Shown here piece after piece: positions 27,912-38,925 of a stretch of 64,000 nt of DNA (its first letter is position 1; each line of letters starts with the position of its first letter). Source of the DNA: Actinomycetes bacterium (GTDB taxonomy: Bacteria > Actinomycetota > Actinomycetes > JAHEKZ01); the NCBI GenBank assembly GCA_024644345.1, contig JAHELE010000004.1, positions 9,523 to 73,522 on the forward strand, written 5' to 3'. Under the pieces are notes generated by a model that saw only the letters and a list, made by a program, of their open reading frames with translations, was not told the DNA's origin and did no database searches. Made by a program: the position numbers and the translations under genes.

Positions 27912-29659
27912 CACAGGCACGACGGCGGGGAGGCACGTCTCGACGCGTGACCGACCCGCGTCGAAGGCTGGTGGCCGTGGGCATCCTGGTCGGCATGGTC
28001 ATGTCGCTGTTTGCCGGCCGGCTGCTTCAGCTGCAGGGGGTCGAGGCCGCGGCGTACGCCGCCACCGCTGAGGCCGAGCGACTGCGGACGGTAACCATGC
28101 CGGCGACCCGTGGCGCGATCACCGATGTCCACGGCATCGCGTTGGCGACCACCGTCGACGCCGTCAACGTCACGGCCGACCAGACGCAGGTCGGTGATCC
28201 AGTCGCGGTTGCCGCCGCACTCGCCCCGGTGCTCGGTGAGCCCATCAAGACACTCCGCGACCTCTTGGACGGCGACCTTCGTTTCGCCTACATCGCCAAG
28301 GAGGTCACTCCCCGCACCTGGAGCACCATCGAGTCACTACGTCTACCAGGTATCTACAGTGAACCGACGGCGAAGCGGGTCTACCCGCAGGGGGAGCTCG
28401 GCGCCGCTCTCCTGGGGTTCGTCGGCAGTGACGGTCATGGTCTGGCCGGTCTGGAGAACAGCTGGGATAGAGAGCTCGCCGGAAAGGACGGCCAGATTAC
28501 CTACGAGTCGGCTGCGGGGGGGCGCCGCATTCCCAGCGCCGACTCCGAGACGGAGGAATCCGTACCCGGTGTGGACGTGCAGCTCACCATCGATCGCGAC
28601 ATCCAGTTCATCGCCGAGCGGGCGATCCGCAGCAAAGTGCTCGAGGCCAATGCGGACAGCGGCACCGTGGTAGCGATGGATCCGAGGACGGGGGAGGTGC
28701 TGGCCCTGGCCACGTACCCCTCGTTCGACCCACGAGACCCCACCCAGGCTCCGGCGGCGGACCGGGGGAACCGGGCAGTTGCTGAGATCTACGAGCCAGG
28801 CAGTACCAGCAAGGTAATGACGATGGCCGCGGCCCTGGATGCGGGAGCGGTCACACCCACCACCAAGATCGAAGTACCTCCGATCCTCTACCGCGGAGGG
28901 GACGACTTCCACGATCACACTCCGCACGGGACACTCCACCTGACGGCCACCGGTGTCCTTGCCGAGTCGAGCAACATCGGGGCGATCTTGATCGCCGAAA
29001 AGCTCGGCAACGAGGCCCTCTACTCCTACCTGCGGAAGTTCGGCATCGGCTCGACCAGCGGGCTCGACATCCCAGGTGAGAGCGCCGGCCTGCTGCCGAA
29101 CGTGAAGGACTGGGGCCCCACCAACGCTGCGACGATCGCGTTCGGTCAGGGGCTCTCGCTGAACGCCGTACAGTCGACGTCGGTCTTCGCCACGATCGCC
29201 AACGGCGGTGTGCGCGTCGAGCCGACAGTGGTGGCTGGCACCAGCGGTCCGGACGGGTCGTTCACCCCTGCTCCGCCTCCCCAGCGACACCGCGTGGTCA
29301 CCGCCAAGACCGCCAGGACATTGCGCGAGATGATGGAGACCGTCGTCTCCGACCAAGGGACCGCACCAATGGCTCAGATCCCCGGCTACCGAGTGGCCGG
29401 CAAGACCGGAACGGCTCAACGCGTCGACGAGAGCTGTGGCTGCTACCGCGGGTACACAGCCTCGTTCATCGGGTTCGCGCCTGCTGACAAGCCGGCCGTG
29501 GTGGTGTCGGTCACTCTTCAGGACCCGAAGAACGGACACTACGGCGGTGTGCTCGGAGGGCCGGTGTTCAAGAGGGTGACGTCGTTCGCGTTGCAGAGTC
29601 GGCAGGTGCCTCCCACGTCGACGTCACCGCCCTCCATGCGACTGACGTACCGTCCCTGA
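27908..29659 (+). CDS. ftsI: Division transpeptidase PBP3
   Basis: EPGSTSK (SxxK), SSN and KTGTAQ motifs. Confidence 0.93.
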   Translation: MTQARRRGGTSRRVTDPRRRLVAVGILVGMVMSLFAGRLLQLQGVEAAAYAATAEAERLRTVTMPATRGAITDVHGIALATTVDAVNVTADQTQVGDPVAVAAALAPVLGEPIKTLRDLLDGDLRFAYIAKEVTPRTWSTIESLRLPGIYSEPTAKRVYPQGELGAALLGFVGSDGHGLAGLENSWDRELAGKDGQITYESAAGGRRIPSADSETEESVPGVDVQLTIDRDIQFIAERAIRSKVLEANADSGTVVAMDPRTGEVLALATYPSFDPRDPTQAPAADRGNRAVAEIYEPGSTSKVMTMAAALDAGAVTPTTKIEVPPILYRGGDDFHDHTPHGTLHLTATGVLAESSNIGAILIAEKLGNEALYSYLRKFGIGSTSGLDIPGESAGLLPNVKDWGPTNAATIAFGQGLSLNAVQSTSVFATIANGGVRVEPTVVAGTSGPDGSFTPAPPPQRHRVVTAKTARTLREMMETVVSDQGTAPMAQIPGYRVAGKTGTAQRVDESCGCYRGYTASFIGFAPADKPAVVVSVTLQDPKNGHYGGVLGGPVFKRVTSFALQSRQVPPTSTSPPSMRLTYRP

Positions 29660-29674
29660 GACGAGCAACCGGCA

Positions 29675-31216
29675 ATGACTGAGAGCGCGGCTCGAACCCC
29701 TCGACCGATGCCGCGGGCGACCTCACTCGTGCAGGTGTGTGCGGCTCTCGATCTCGACCAGGGAACGACCCCGGATGTCATGGTGACCGGTGTCACTCTG
29801 GACTCACGCGACGTCCGTCCAGGGGATCTCTTCATCGCCCTTTCCGGGGAGCGAGTGCACGGTGCGTCTTTCACACCTGACGTCGTAGCGGCGGGTGCGG
29901 TCGCCGTAGCGACCGACGCGCCGGGTAGAGAGATCGTGGGCGATGCGTTGCCCTGTCTGGTGATCGATGATCTCCGCCTGCGCACTGGTGTCCTGGCGGC
30001 CGAGATCTACGGTCGCCCGGCCGACGACCTGCTCCTGCTGGGCGTCACAGGCACCAACGGCAAGACGACAACAGCATTTCTCCTCGAATCGGGGCTGCGG
30101 GCGGCCGGACATCGGACAGGTCTGATGGGAACGGTGTCAACGCTGATCGACGGCCAGGCCTTCGAGACCGTGCGGACGACCCCGGAGGCGCCGGAGGTGC
30201 ACGCACTCCTGGCCGTCATGCGCGAACGGGGGGTCACCGCTGTGGCCATGGAGGTGTCGAGTCACGCTCTGGCGATGGGCCGCGTCGACGGCTGCGTGTT
30301 CGATGTTGCCGGCTTCACCCAGCTGGCTGTCGACCACCTCGACTTCCACGGCAGTCCTGAGGCCTACTTCTCCGCAAAACAGGTGCTCTTCCGGCGCGAC
30401 CGAAGCCGAACGTCGGTGATCACCATCGACGACGAAGGGGGTCGACGGATGGCGGCAGAGTCGACCGGGCGGGTCGTCACGCTGGGCACAGACCCGGCAG
30501 CCGACTGGCAGATCCGTGACATCGGTGAGCGCGCCGGTGGTGGTTACCGGTACCTGCTCGTTGCTCCGGGCGGAACCGTGCACCCGGGCGAGGTACAGCT
30601 GATGGGCCGCTTCAACGTGGCCAACGCAGCTCTTGCCCAGGTGATGCTGGTGTGCGCCGGAGTTGATGTCGAGACGGCGACCAGAGGAGTGAGCAGCTGT
30701 GCCGGCGTCCCGGGTCGGATGGAGAGAGTGGGTCCGGACGACGTCGCACTCGTCGTGGACTATGCGCACACCACCGATGCGTTGGCCCGCGCCATAGACG
30801 CCGTGAGGCCCGAATCCGGTGGTGATGTGATCGTCGTCTTCGGCTGCGGAGGCGACCGAGACCCGAGCAAGCGTGAACCGATGGGTGCGGCTGCAGCATC
30901 ACGCGCCGCTGTGGTGGTGGTCACCGATGACAACCCGAGGACCGAGAGTCCGGCGGACATCCGACGCGCCGTCCTGTCAGGAACCAGGGAGGTGCCGGAA
31001 TCCGAACGAGGGGACGTGGTCGAGATGGCTGACCGCCGGGCAGCCATGGAGTGGGCGGTGCGCCGTGCGACCCCCGGTGACGTCGTCCTCGTCGCAGGCA
31101 AGGGCCACGAGAGCGGTCAGGAGGTCGGCTCGTCAGTCACCCCATTCGACGACCGGGTCGAGCTCCTGGCGGCCTGGACGCGGGTCCACGGCCAGTCCGC
31201 GAAGGCACGACCATGA
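29675..31216 (+). CDS. murE: UDP-MurNAc-dipeptide--diaminopimelate ligase
   Basis: GTNGKTT, EVSSH, DYAH, DNPR (DAP-type specificity motif), GKGHE. Confidence 0.95.
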   Translation: MTESAARTPRPMPRATSLVQVCAALDLDQGTTPDVMVTGVTLDSRDVRPGDLFIALSGERVHGASFTPDVVAAGAVAVATDAPGREIVGDALPCLVIDDLRLRTGVLAAEIYGRPADDLLLLGVTGTNGKTTTAFLLESGLRAAGHRTGLMGTVSTLIDGQAFETVRTTPEAPEVHALLAVMRERGVTAVAMEVSSHALAMGRVDGCVFDVAGFTQLAVDHLDFHGSPEAYFSAKQVLFRRDRSRTSVITIDDEGGRRMAAESTGRVVTLGTDPAADWQIRDIGERAGGGYRYLLVAPGGTVHPGEVQLMGRFNVANAALAQVMLVCAGVDVETATRGVSSCAGVPGRMERVGPDDVALVVDYAHTTDALARAIDAVRPESGGDVIVVFGCGGDRDPSKREPMGAAAASRAAVVVVTDDNPRTESPADIRRAVLSGTREVPESERGDVVEMADRRAAMEWAVRRATPGDVVLVAGKGHESGQEVGSSVTPFDDRVELLAAWTRVHGQSAKARP

Positions 31217-32598
31217 TTCCCACGTCACTCTCCGAGATCGCGGAGGCCGTCGGCGGTCGGCTCAGCGACGTACCGGACGCCTCGGTCGTCGTTCTCAGCG
31301 TGTGCTCGGACACTCGGCAGGTAGCTGTCGGAAGCCTGTTCGTCGCCCTCGAAGGCTCCCGTGTCGACGGTCACGACTTCGCTGCTGCCGCCGTTGAGGG
31401 CGGGGCCGTCGCCGTGCTGGGAACCAGACCGACCGGCCAGCCCACCATCGTGGTGCCAGATACATTGACCGCCCTCGGGGCCCTTGCGAGGTTTCACATC
31501 AGCCGCCTCACCCGCGCCACGGTCGTGGCTGTGACTGGATCGGTCGGCAAGACCACCGCCAAAGACCTGATTGCCGCGGTTCTCGAGACGAATGGGCCGA
31601 CGATCTCACCGCCCGGATCCTTCAACAATGAGCTCGGACTGCCGTTGACGGTGCTCCAAGCAGATCTCGAGACTCGCTACCTGGTCCTGGAGATGGGGGC
31701 CCGAGGACGGGGCCACATCGAGTATCTGTGCTCCATAGCCCCACCCGACATCGGCGTCGAGCTCGCGGTCGGCACTGCGCACATCAGCGAGTTCGGCAGC
31801 CAAGCCGCCATTGCCGAGGCCAAGGCCGAGCTGGTTCGCGCACTCTCGGCTTCCGGCACCGCGATCCTCAATGCCAACGACGACTATGTACGCGCAATGG
31901 CTGACGAGTCGGTGGCGTCGGTCATCTGGTTCGGGCAACAGGCCGACGCCGACATCCGGGCGCAAGCCCTCAGCTCTGACCGGCTCGACCGGGCAAGCTT
32001 CACCCTGGTGACGCCGGACGGAGCCGCGCCGGTCGCGCTGCAGCTCGTGGGAGTGCACGCCGTACCCAATGCCCTTGCCGCGGCTGCTGTGGGCTGGTCG
32101 GTCGGAATGGCCACGGCCGCGATCGCCGATGCCCTGTCGGCCGCAGTTCCACGGAGCCGGTGGCGGATGGAGGTTCGGGAGCGCGGTGACGGACTGGTGG
32201 TCATCAACGATGCCTACAACGCAAGCCCAGAGTCCACCCGCGCCGCCCTGAAGTCACTGAAGCAGATCGCGGGCGACCGCCGGAGCTGGGCGGTTCTGGG
32301 CGAGATGCTGGAGCTCGGTGACAGATCCGACGCTGAACACGACGCGATAGGTCGACTGGTTGTGCGCTTGGATGTGCAACGGTTAGTCGTCGTTGGAGAC
32401 GGCGCCCGGCACATCCATCTGGCTGCCGGGCTCGAAGGATCGTGGGGACAGGAGTCCATGTTCGTTTCAGACGTCGAGGAAGCGTTGACGCTGCTTCGCG
32501 AACAGGTCACCTCAGATGACGTCGTTCTCGTCAAGGCTTCCCGCGCCGCCGGGCTCGATGTCATCGCCACCAGTCTGCTCGAAGGTGACGTCACATGA
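31213..32598 (+). CDS. murF: UDP-MurNAc-tripeptide--D-Ala-D-Ala ligase
   Basis: TGSVGKTT, FNNELG, DAYNA.P.S and VKASR motifs. Confidence 0.95.
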   Translation: MIPTSLSEIAEAVGGRLSDVPDASVVVLSVCSDTRQVAVGSLFVALEGSRVDGHDFAAAAVEGGAVAVLGTRPTGQPTIVVPDTLTALGALARFHISRLTRATVVAVTGSVGKTTAKDLIAAVLETNGPTISPPGSFNNELGLPLTVLQADLETRYLVLEMGARGRGHIEYLCSIAPPDIGVELAVGTAHISEFGSQAAIAEAKAELVRALSASGTAILNANDDYVRAMADESVASVIWFGQQADADIRAQALSSDRLDRASFTLVTPDGAAPVALQLVGVHAVPNALAAAAVGWSVGMATAAIADALSAAVPRSRWRMEVRERGDGLVVINDAYNASPESTRAALKSLKQIAGDRRSWAVLGEMLELGDRSDAEHDAIGRLVVRLDVQRLVVVGDGARHIHLAAGLEGSWGQESMFVSDVEEALTLLREQVTSDDVVLVKASRAAGLDVIATSLLEGDVT

Positions 32599-33677
32599 GA
32601 CTGGTCCTCATAGCGGTTGTCGTCAGCCTGCTCATCGGCTTCGTCGTGACGCCGCTGTGGGCGAACTGGCTTCGAGGCAGGGGATACGCCCAGTCGATCC
32701 GGGACGCCGAAGAGCTCGGCTACGCCGTCCCCGACCACGCCGGCAAGAGGGGAACACCGTCGATGGGCGGTGTGGTCATCGTGGCCGGCACCGTGATCAG
32801 CTACGCCGTCGCCCACCTGGTGGCGGGGAGCGGGCCAAGCGCGTCAGCGCTGTTGGTGTTCTTCCTGATGGTGGGTCTTGCCTCGGTCGGATTTGCGGAC
32901 GACTACATCAAGATCTTCCGCAGAAGGTCGACGGGGCTTCGGGTCAAGACCAAGCTGATCGGGCAGGCGGCAGTCGCGATTGCCTTCGCCCTTCTGGCAC
33001 TGCAGTTTCCCAACACTGACGATCTCACCCCGGCCACCCAGTACATCTCGTTTGTCCGGGATACCGCCGTCTTCCTCCCCATCGGCATCTACGTGCTGTG
33101 GGTCTGGTTCATGGTGGCCGCCACGTCCAACGCGGTGAACCTCACCGACGGCCTCGACGGCTTGGCCACCGGGGCTGCCTCCATGGTGTTCGGTGCCTAC
33201 GTCACCGTCGGACTCTGGCAGTACAACCAACGCTGCTCCGACTTCGTGCTGCCGAACTGTTATGAGGTCCGTAACCCGCTCGACATCGCGGTAGTCGCTG
33301 CCGGTGTCATGGGCTCCTGTTTCGGGTTCCTCTGGTGGAACACGTCTCCAGCGCGCATCTTCATGGGTGACACCGGGTCACTCGCACTTGGGGGTGCGAT
33401 GGCCGGCATCGCGATCACCACACAGACCGAGCTGTTGCTTCCAGTGATGGCCGGACTCTTCGTGGTCATCACGGCATCGGTCATCATCCAGATCGCATCG
33501 TTCAAGACCACCGGGCGTCGCGTGTTCCTGATGTCACCCCTGCAGCACCATTTTGAGCTCAAGGGATGGCCAGAAGTGCAGATCGTGACGCGGTTCTGGA
33601 TAATCTCAGGACTCTTCACTGGCGCGGCCTTCGTTCTGTTCTACGCCGAGTGGCTCGGTGGGGGCGGCATCGGGTGA
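32595..33677 (+). CDS. mraY: Phospho-MurNAc-pentapeptide transferase
   Basis: TPSMGG, DDYIK, NLTDGLDGL, FMGDTGS and P..HHFE motifs. Confidence 0.96.
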   Translation: MRLVLIAVVVSLLIGFVVTPLWANWLRGRGYAQSIRDAEELGYAVPDHAGKRGTPSMGGVVIVAGTVISYAVAHLVAGSGPSASALLVFFLMVGLASVGFADDYIKIFRRRSTGLRVKTKLIGQAAVAIAFALLALQFPNTDDLTPATQYISFVRDTAVFLPIGIYVLWVWFMVAATSNAVNLTDGLDGLATGAASMVFGAYVTVGLWQYNQRCSDFVLPNCYEVRNPLDIAVVAAGVMGSCFGFLWWNTSPARIFMGDTGSLALGGAMAGIAITTQTELLLPVMAGLFVVITASVIIQIASFKTTGRRVFLMSPLQHHFELKGWPEVQIVTRFWIISGLFTGAAFVLFYAEWLGGGGIG

Positions 33678-35128
33678 CCGAGTCGTCCGCTGTCGTGGAG
33701 TGGCTGAAGACCGCCGACCGGTACGCCGACTGGTCAGGTGTCACGGCTGTCGTCGCCGGGCTCGGCGCCAGTGGGTTTGCGGCAGCCGATGCGCTGATCC
33801 GCGTAGGGGCATCGGTGACCGTTGTGGAGGCCACTCCGGTTGGTGACGAGGGGCCCCTCGCCGAGCGATCGCAGATCCTTGAGGTCCTCGGGGCCAACGT
33901 CCAGACCGGTGTCGACGCCGCCGCCGTGCTCGAGGCCGATCTGCTGATTCCCTCACCTGGCATCCCGCCTGGGCATCGTTGGATCACGGAGGCGCGGGCC
34001 GGTGTCGTGTGGAGCGGTGAGCAGCTCGCATGGAACCTGCGGGCACCCCGAGTGCCCTGGCTGACCGTCACGGGCACGAACGGGAAGACGACGACTGTCC
34101 GGATGCTGGCCGCCATGGTCGAGGCGGCGGGGCACCGCTGTCTCGCCGTCGGCAACATCGGCGTGCCATTGGTTGAAGCGGTCTTCGCCGAGCCTGAGCC
34201 GCACGTCCTGGCTGTCGAGCTGTCGAGCTACCAGCTGCACTTCACGAGGTCGGTTTCGGCCCACTCATCAGCCCTTCTCAACATCGCACCCGACCATCTC
34301 GACTGGCACGGCTCGCTGGACACGTATGTCGCCGACAAGGCCCGCATCTATGACGGCACCCAACGCGTCATCATCTACAACCACGACGATCCCCGCACCG
34401 AGATTCTGGCGACCGAGGCTGACGTGGTGGAGGGATGTCGGGCGGTGGGTTTCACGCTCGGGGTTCCCGCACGTTCGATGCTCGGCGTGGTCGACGGCAC
34501 TCTCGTCGATCGAGCTTTTGTCGCCGACCGGGAGACGCAGGCGGTCGAAATCGTTGACTCGGGTCAGCTGTCGGTCGACGGGCCACACAATGTGCAGAAT
34601 GTTCTTGCGGCCGCTGGGCTGGCCCGTTCCTTCGGCGTTCCGCTGGCGGCGGTGAAGCAAGCAGCTGTCGGATTCGAGCTCGATGCCCACCGGGGCCAGA
34701 CAGTCGGCTCGGTGGGCGACGTGGTGTTCGTCGACAACTCCAAGGCAACCAACGTGCTGGCCGCCGATGTGGCTCTGGCCGCTGTCCCCGGGGGAGTGGT
34801 CTGGATCGCCGGGGGGCTGGCCAAGGGTGGTGTCTTCGACGACCTCGTGGCCCGTCACCGCGAGCGGCTGCGGGCTGTGGTGCTCTTGGGTGCCGATCGA
34901 CGCTTGATCCGGGACGCACTCGAGCGACACGCCCCCGAGGTACCCGTGATCGAGGTCCCGGACGGGGAGACTGATCCCATGACTCATGCTGTCCGCTCGG
35001 CGGCTGCGGCAGCCCAGCCCCATGACACCGTGCTCCTTGCTCCCGCCTGCGCGTCGATGGACCAGTTTGTTGACTACGAGGCCAGGGGTCGAGCATTCGA
35101 CTCGGCCGTGACCCGGCTACGCCGCTGA
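33674..35128 (+). CDS. murD: UDP-MurNAc-Ala--D-Glu ligase
   Basis: GLGASG, GTNGKTT, ELSSYQL, DHLDWH, SKATN and PACASMDQF motifs. Confidence 0.95.
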   Translation: MTESSAVVEWLKTADRYADWSGVTAVVAGLGASGFAAADALIRVGASVTVVEATPVGDEGPLAERSQILEVLGANVQTGVDAAAVLEADLLIPSPGIPPGHRWITEARAGVVWSGEQLAWNLRAPRVPWLTVTGTNGKTTTVRMLAAMVEAAGHRCLAVGNIGVPLVEAVFAEPEPHVLAVELSSYQLHFTRSVSAHSSALLNIAPDHLDWHGSLDTYVADKARIYDGTQRVIIYNHDDPRTEILATEADVVEGCRAVGFTLGVPARSMLGVVDGTLVDRAFVADRETQAVEIVDSGQLSVDGPHNVQNVLAAAGLARSFGVPLAAVKQAAVGFELDAHRGQTVGSVGDVVFVDNSKATNVLAADVALAAVPGGVVWIAGGLAKGGVFDDLVARHRERLRAVVLLGADRRLIRDALERHAPEVPVIEVPDGETDPMTHAVRSAAAAAQPHDTVLLAPACASMDQFVDYEARGRAFDSAVTRLRR

Positions 35129-35138
35129 CGGATCCCGC

Positions 35139-36377
35139 ATGACAGTCACTTCCCCTCCTTCGTCCCCGACCCAGCGGTCGGGGATCGCTGCACCGATTCG
35201 ACTTGCACTGGCCAAGCCACTGGCGCCGTACTACCTCGTGCTCGGAAGCGCCACCTTGCTGACGATGTTGGGGCTGGTGATGGTCCTGTCCGCTTCCAGC
35301 GTCGAGTCCTACGCAGCAAGCGGTTCATCCTGGGCGATCGCCCAGAAACAGGCGATGTGGGTGATCATCGGAATCCCCGCGCTGATGGTGGCCAGTCGAC
35401 TGCCGACCGTCTGGTTCCGACGTCTGGCGGTTCCCGTCCTCGTGCTCTCCGTGGTGCTGCTCGTTCTGGTGCTCGTTCCCGGGATCGGGGTGAGCGTCAA
35501 CGGCAACCAGAACTGGATCGAGATCGGTGGCTCGTTCCGCATCCAGCCGGCTGAGGCAGCGAAGTACGCGCTGGTGTTGTGGGGCGCGGATCTCCTCACT
35601 CGCAAACGGAAGTTGCTGCACCAGAACAAGCATCTGCTGATCCCGCTGCTTCCTGTCGCGGCGGTGATCATCCTGCTCGTCCTGCTCGGAGGAGATCTCG
35701 GTACCTCGCTGATCCTGATGGCGATCGTCGCCGGTCTGCTCTTCGTGGCGGGTGCGCCCCTTCGGGTGTTTGTGGCGTTGGGTGCGCCGGCGCTGGCGGT
35801 GATCGTGTTCATGACGTTGCAGCGAAGCGCGAGACTGTCGCGGCTGCAGTCCTTCCTTGACCCGTTCGCCGACTACGAGGGTTCCGGCTGGCAGGCAGCA
35901 CACAGCCTGTTTGCTCTTGCCTCCGGGGGATGGTGGGGGGTCGGGCTCGGCGCGAGCCGTGAGAAGTGGGGCAACCTCCCGGAGGCACATACGGACTTCA
36001 TCTTCGCCATCATCGGAGAAGAGCTCGGGCTGGTCGGGACCTTGACGGTCCTCCTGCTGTTCGGGGCTCTGATCGTGGGGGCGCTCCGAATCGCGCTGGC
36101 CACCGACGACCTCTTCGTCCGGTTCGCATCGGGCGGGATCGTTGTCTGGATCGGGGTCCAGATGATCATCAACATCGGTGGTGTCCTGAGCGTGCTGCCG
36201 ATCACGGGAGTTCCCCTACCTCTTGTCTCGTACGGTGGCTCAGCGCTGCTGGCGACGATGTTCGCCATCGGCATGCTGCTGTCGTTCGCGCGGAACCTCC
36301 CAGGAGCACAGCAGGCGCTGCGTCAGCGCAGGGTCTCCAGATGGAGTCCGCGCCTGCCGTGGACGCGACGTCGGTGA
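35139..36377 (+). CDS. ftsW: SEDS peptidoglycan polymerase
   Basis: QPAE.AK, LPEAHTDFIF and P.VSYGGS motifs. Confidence 0.95.
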   Translation: MTVTSPPSSPTQRSGIAAPIRLALAKPLAPYYLVLGSATLLTMLGLVMVLSASSVESYAASGSSWAIAQKQAMWVIIGIPALMVASRLPTVWFRRLAVPVLVLSVVLLVLVLVPGIGVSVNGNQNWIEIGGSFRIQPAEAAKYALVLWGADLLTRKRKLLHQNKHLLIPLLPVAAVIILLVLLGGDLGTSLILMAIVAGLLFVAGAPLRVFVALGAPALAVIVFMTLQRSARLSRLQSFLDPFADYEGSGWQAAHSLFALASGGWWGVGLGASREKWGNLPEAHTDFIFAIIGEELGLVGTLTVLLLFGALIVGALRIALATDDLFVRFASGGIVVWIGVQMIINIGGVLSVLPITGVPLPLVSYGGSALLATMFAIGMLLSFARNLPGAQQALRQRRVSRWSPRLPWTRRR

Positions 36378-37501
36378 CTGTCGACGAACCGGCTGGCGCG
36401 AGCTCCCCGCCGCTGCGGGTACTCCTGGCTGGGGGTGGCACCGCAGGGCACGTCGAGCCCGCGCTGGCCCTCGCAGACGCGATCGTTCGGCGGCACCCGG
36501 ACGCGGTGATCACCGCGCTGGGCACGGAGGCCGGGTTGGAGACCACCCTGGTGCCCGCTCGCGGATTCGGCGTGCGCCTGATCCCGAAAGTCACCATGCC
36601 GCGGGCCGAGCCTCGGCGATGGTTCAGAATCCCACGAGCAACGTGGGCGGCGGTGCGGGCGGCGGCACAAGTGATCGAAGACGACCGGCCTGACGTCGTC
36701 GTGGGGTTCGGTGGCTACGTCTCGCTGCCTGCCTACTTGGCTGCCCGTCGCGCCGGGGTGCCGTTCGTCGTCCACGAGGCGAACGCCAGACCGGGAGTCG
36801 CGAACCGGATCGGAGCCCGGTTCACCTCGTACGTGGCGGTGAGCGTGCCAACGACGGTCAGTGCTCTGCCGCACGCCACCCTCATCGGGATCCCGCTGCG
36901 GCGCAGCATCGCGGCGCTCGATCGCCCCGCTGTGAGGGAGAGAGCGCGCCGGGCCTTCGGCCTCGATGCCGACCGACCGACGCTCCTCGTCTTCGGCGGC
37001 TCGCAGGGCGCTCGGACGATCAACGCGGCCATGCAGGGCGCTGCCGGACACCTCCTGAGCGCGGGCATCCAGGTGTTGCACGCATCGGGACCACACAACA
37101 CCGTGGTGATCGAGCGTCGTGACTCCGACCCGCCCTACGTCGTGGTGCCCTACCTCAAGCAGATGGACCTCGCCTATGCCGCGGCAGACCTGTTGTTGGG
37201 CCGCTCCGGCGCGATGACGTGCGCCGAGGTGGCCGCGGTAGCGCTCCCCGCGGTCTTTGTTCCCTACCCGCACAGCAACGGCGAGCAAGCAGTCAACGCG
37301 CAGCCACTCGTGGATGCCGGTGCTGGTGTGATGGTTCCCGACGAAGAGTTGACGGCCGCCGTGGTCGAGAACCTGGTGGGCGAGCTCGTGGTCGATAGCG
37401 AGCGCTTGGCCCAGATGCGAGCCGCTGCCGACGGCATGGGAGCGCGAGACGCCGACGAGCGGCTGGCCGACATGGTCCTGCGGGCTGCGGGGCGCTCATG
37501 A
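36374..37501 (+). CDS. murG: Lipid II GlcNAc transferase
   Basis: GGGTAGH, GFGGY, HEAN, GGSQGA and Q..NA motifs. Confidence 0.95.
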   Translation: MTVDEPAGASSPPLRVLLAGGGTAGHVEPALALADAIVRRHPDAVITALGTEAGLETTLVPARGFGVRLIPKVTMPRAEPRRWFRIPRATWAAVRAAAQVIEDDRPDVVVGFGGYVSLPAYLAARRAGVPFVVHEANARPGVANRIGARFTSYVAVSVPTTVSALPHATLIGIPLRRSIAALDRPAVRERARRAFGLDADRPTLLVFGGSQGARTINAAMQGAAGHLLSAGIQVLHASGPHNTVVIERRDSDPPYVVVPYLKQMDLAYAAADLLLGRSGAMTCAEVAAVALPAVFVPYPHSNGEQAVNAQPLVDAGAGVMVPDEELTAAVVENLVGELVVDSERLAQMRAAADGMGARDADERLADMVLRAAGRS

Positions 37502-38925
37502 CGTCGGAATCGACACCGCAGATGGCATCCCCCCTGGACGAGCTCGGGCGGGTGCATCTGATCGGCGTCGCTGGTGCCGGCATGTCAGCGCTGACCAGGA
37601 TGCTGTGTTCGCGCGGCGTTGTCGTCACTGGCAGTGAGCTGCGCGACTCGCGGATCGTGGCGTCCCTGCGTGCAGTCGGTGCGGTCATCCACTTCGGGCA
37701 GACCCCGGACTCGTTGCCCGACACCGACACGGTGATTGTCTCCACAGCGATCCGCGAGACGAACGCCGAGCTGGTGGCCGCACGCGAGCGGGGGCTTCGG
37801 GTACTGCACCGGGCCGAAGCGCTGGCCTACTGCATGCGTGGATACCGATCGGTGGTGGTGGCCGGTACCCATGGAAAGACGACGACGACGTCCATGGCAG
37901 CAGTCGCGCTCCAACACTGCGGGGCCGACCCCTCGTTCTACATCGGCGCCCAGCTGAACGAGACCGGCACCAATGCTCACGCTGGAACGGGCACCGTGTT
38001 CGTCGCGGAGTCCGACGAAAGTGACGGGTCGTTCCTCGTGCTCGAGCCCCAGATTGCCGTCGTGACGAACGTCGAGGCCGATCACCTCGACTACTGGGGG
38101 GACGCCGCGTCTGTCGAGGCAGGGTTCTGTGAGTTCGTGTCACGCGTGCCGCAGGACGGCACGGTGATCGCCTGCGCAGACGACGCAGGGGCGGCGCGAG
38201 TGGCCGAGTACGCCAGGACTGAGGGGTGTCACGTCATCACGTACGGAACGCACGACGATGCCGACATCCGGATCACCGATGTCGAGCTCGACAGCAGTGG
38301 GGCGTGGTTCCAGCCGGTCGTGAAGGGGCGCCGTCTGCCGGACGTCTCACTGAAGATCGTGGGAATGCACAACGTGCTGAACGCGACGGCTGCCCTTGCT
38401 GTTGCGCTCGAAGTCGGGGTCGGGGTTCCTGACGCCGTTGAAGGACTGGCGCTCTACAGCGGAGCACGTCGGCGCTTCGAGTTCAAGGGCGAGGCTGACG
38501 GCGTGCGGGTCTACGACGACTACGCGCATCACCACACCGAGCTGCGGGCCACCCTGACCGCCGCTCGGCAGATCGCCGGGGGAGGCCGCATCATCGTTGC
38601 CTTTCAGCCGCTGAGATTCACCCGAACCGCCGAGTTCCATCGTGAGCTGGGCGAGGCCCTCGGACTGGCCGACGACGTCGTCGTCATGGAGGTCTACGGC
38701 TCGAACGAGGAGCCCATTCCCGGAGCGACGGGTGCGTTGGTTGCCGCCGGCGTGCCGCTCCCAGCCGAGCACGTGGCCTTCGAGCCGTCGTTCTCGGCGG
38801 TCCCTGGCTGGCTCGTGTCGCGGGCCCAGCCAGGAGACCTGGTTCTGACGCTCGGCGACGGCATTGTCACCACGTTGGGACCTGAGATCGTCGAGCTTCT
38901 CCGCCATCGAGGTGAGCTGTCGTGA
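37498..38925 (+). CDS. murC: UDP-MurNAc--L-Ala ligase
   Basis: GAGMS, GTHGKTTT, ESDESDGSF and DDYAHH motifs. Confidence 0.95.
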   Translation: MTSESTPQMASPLDELGRVHLIGVAGAGMSALTRMLCSRGVVVTGSELRDSRIVASLRAVGAVIHFGQTPDSLPDTDTVIVSTAIRETNAELVAARERGLRVLHRAEALAYCMRGYRSVVVAGTHGKTTTTSMAAVALQHCGADPSFYIGAQLNETGTNAHAGTGTVFVAESDESDGSFLVLEPQIAVVTNVEADHLDYWGDAASVEAGFCEFVSRVPQDGTVIACADDAGAARVAEYARTEGCHVITYGTHDDADIRITDVELDSSGAWFQPVVKGRRLPDVSLKIVGMHNVLNATAALAVALEVGVGVPDAVEGLALYSGARRRFEFKGEADGVRVYDDYAHHHTELRATLTAARQIAGGGRIIVAFQPLRFTRTAEFHRELGEALGLADDVVVMEVYGSNEEPIPGATGALVAAGVPLPAEHVAFEPSFSAVPGWLVSRAQPGDLVLTLGDGIVTTLGPEIVELLRHRGELS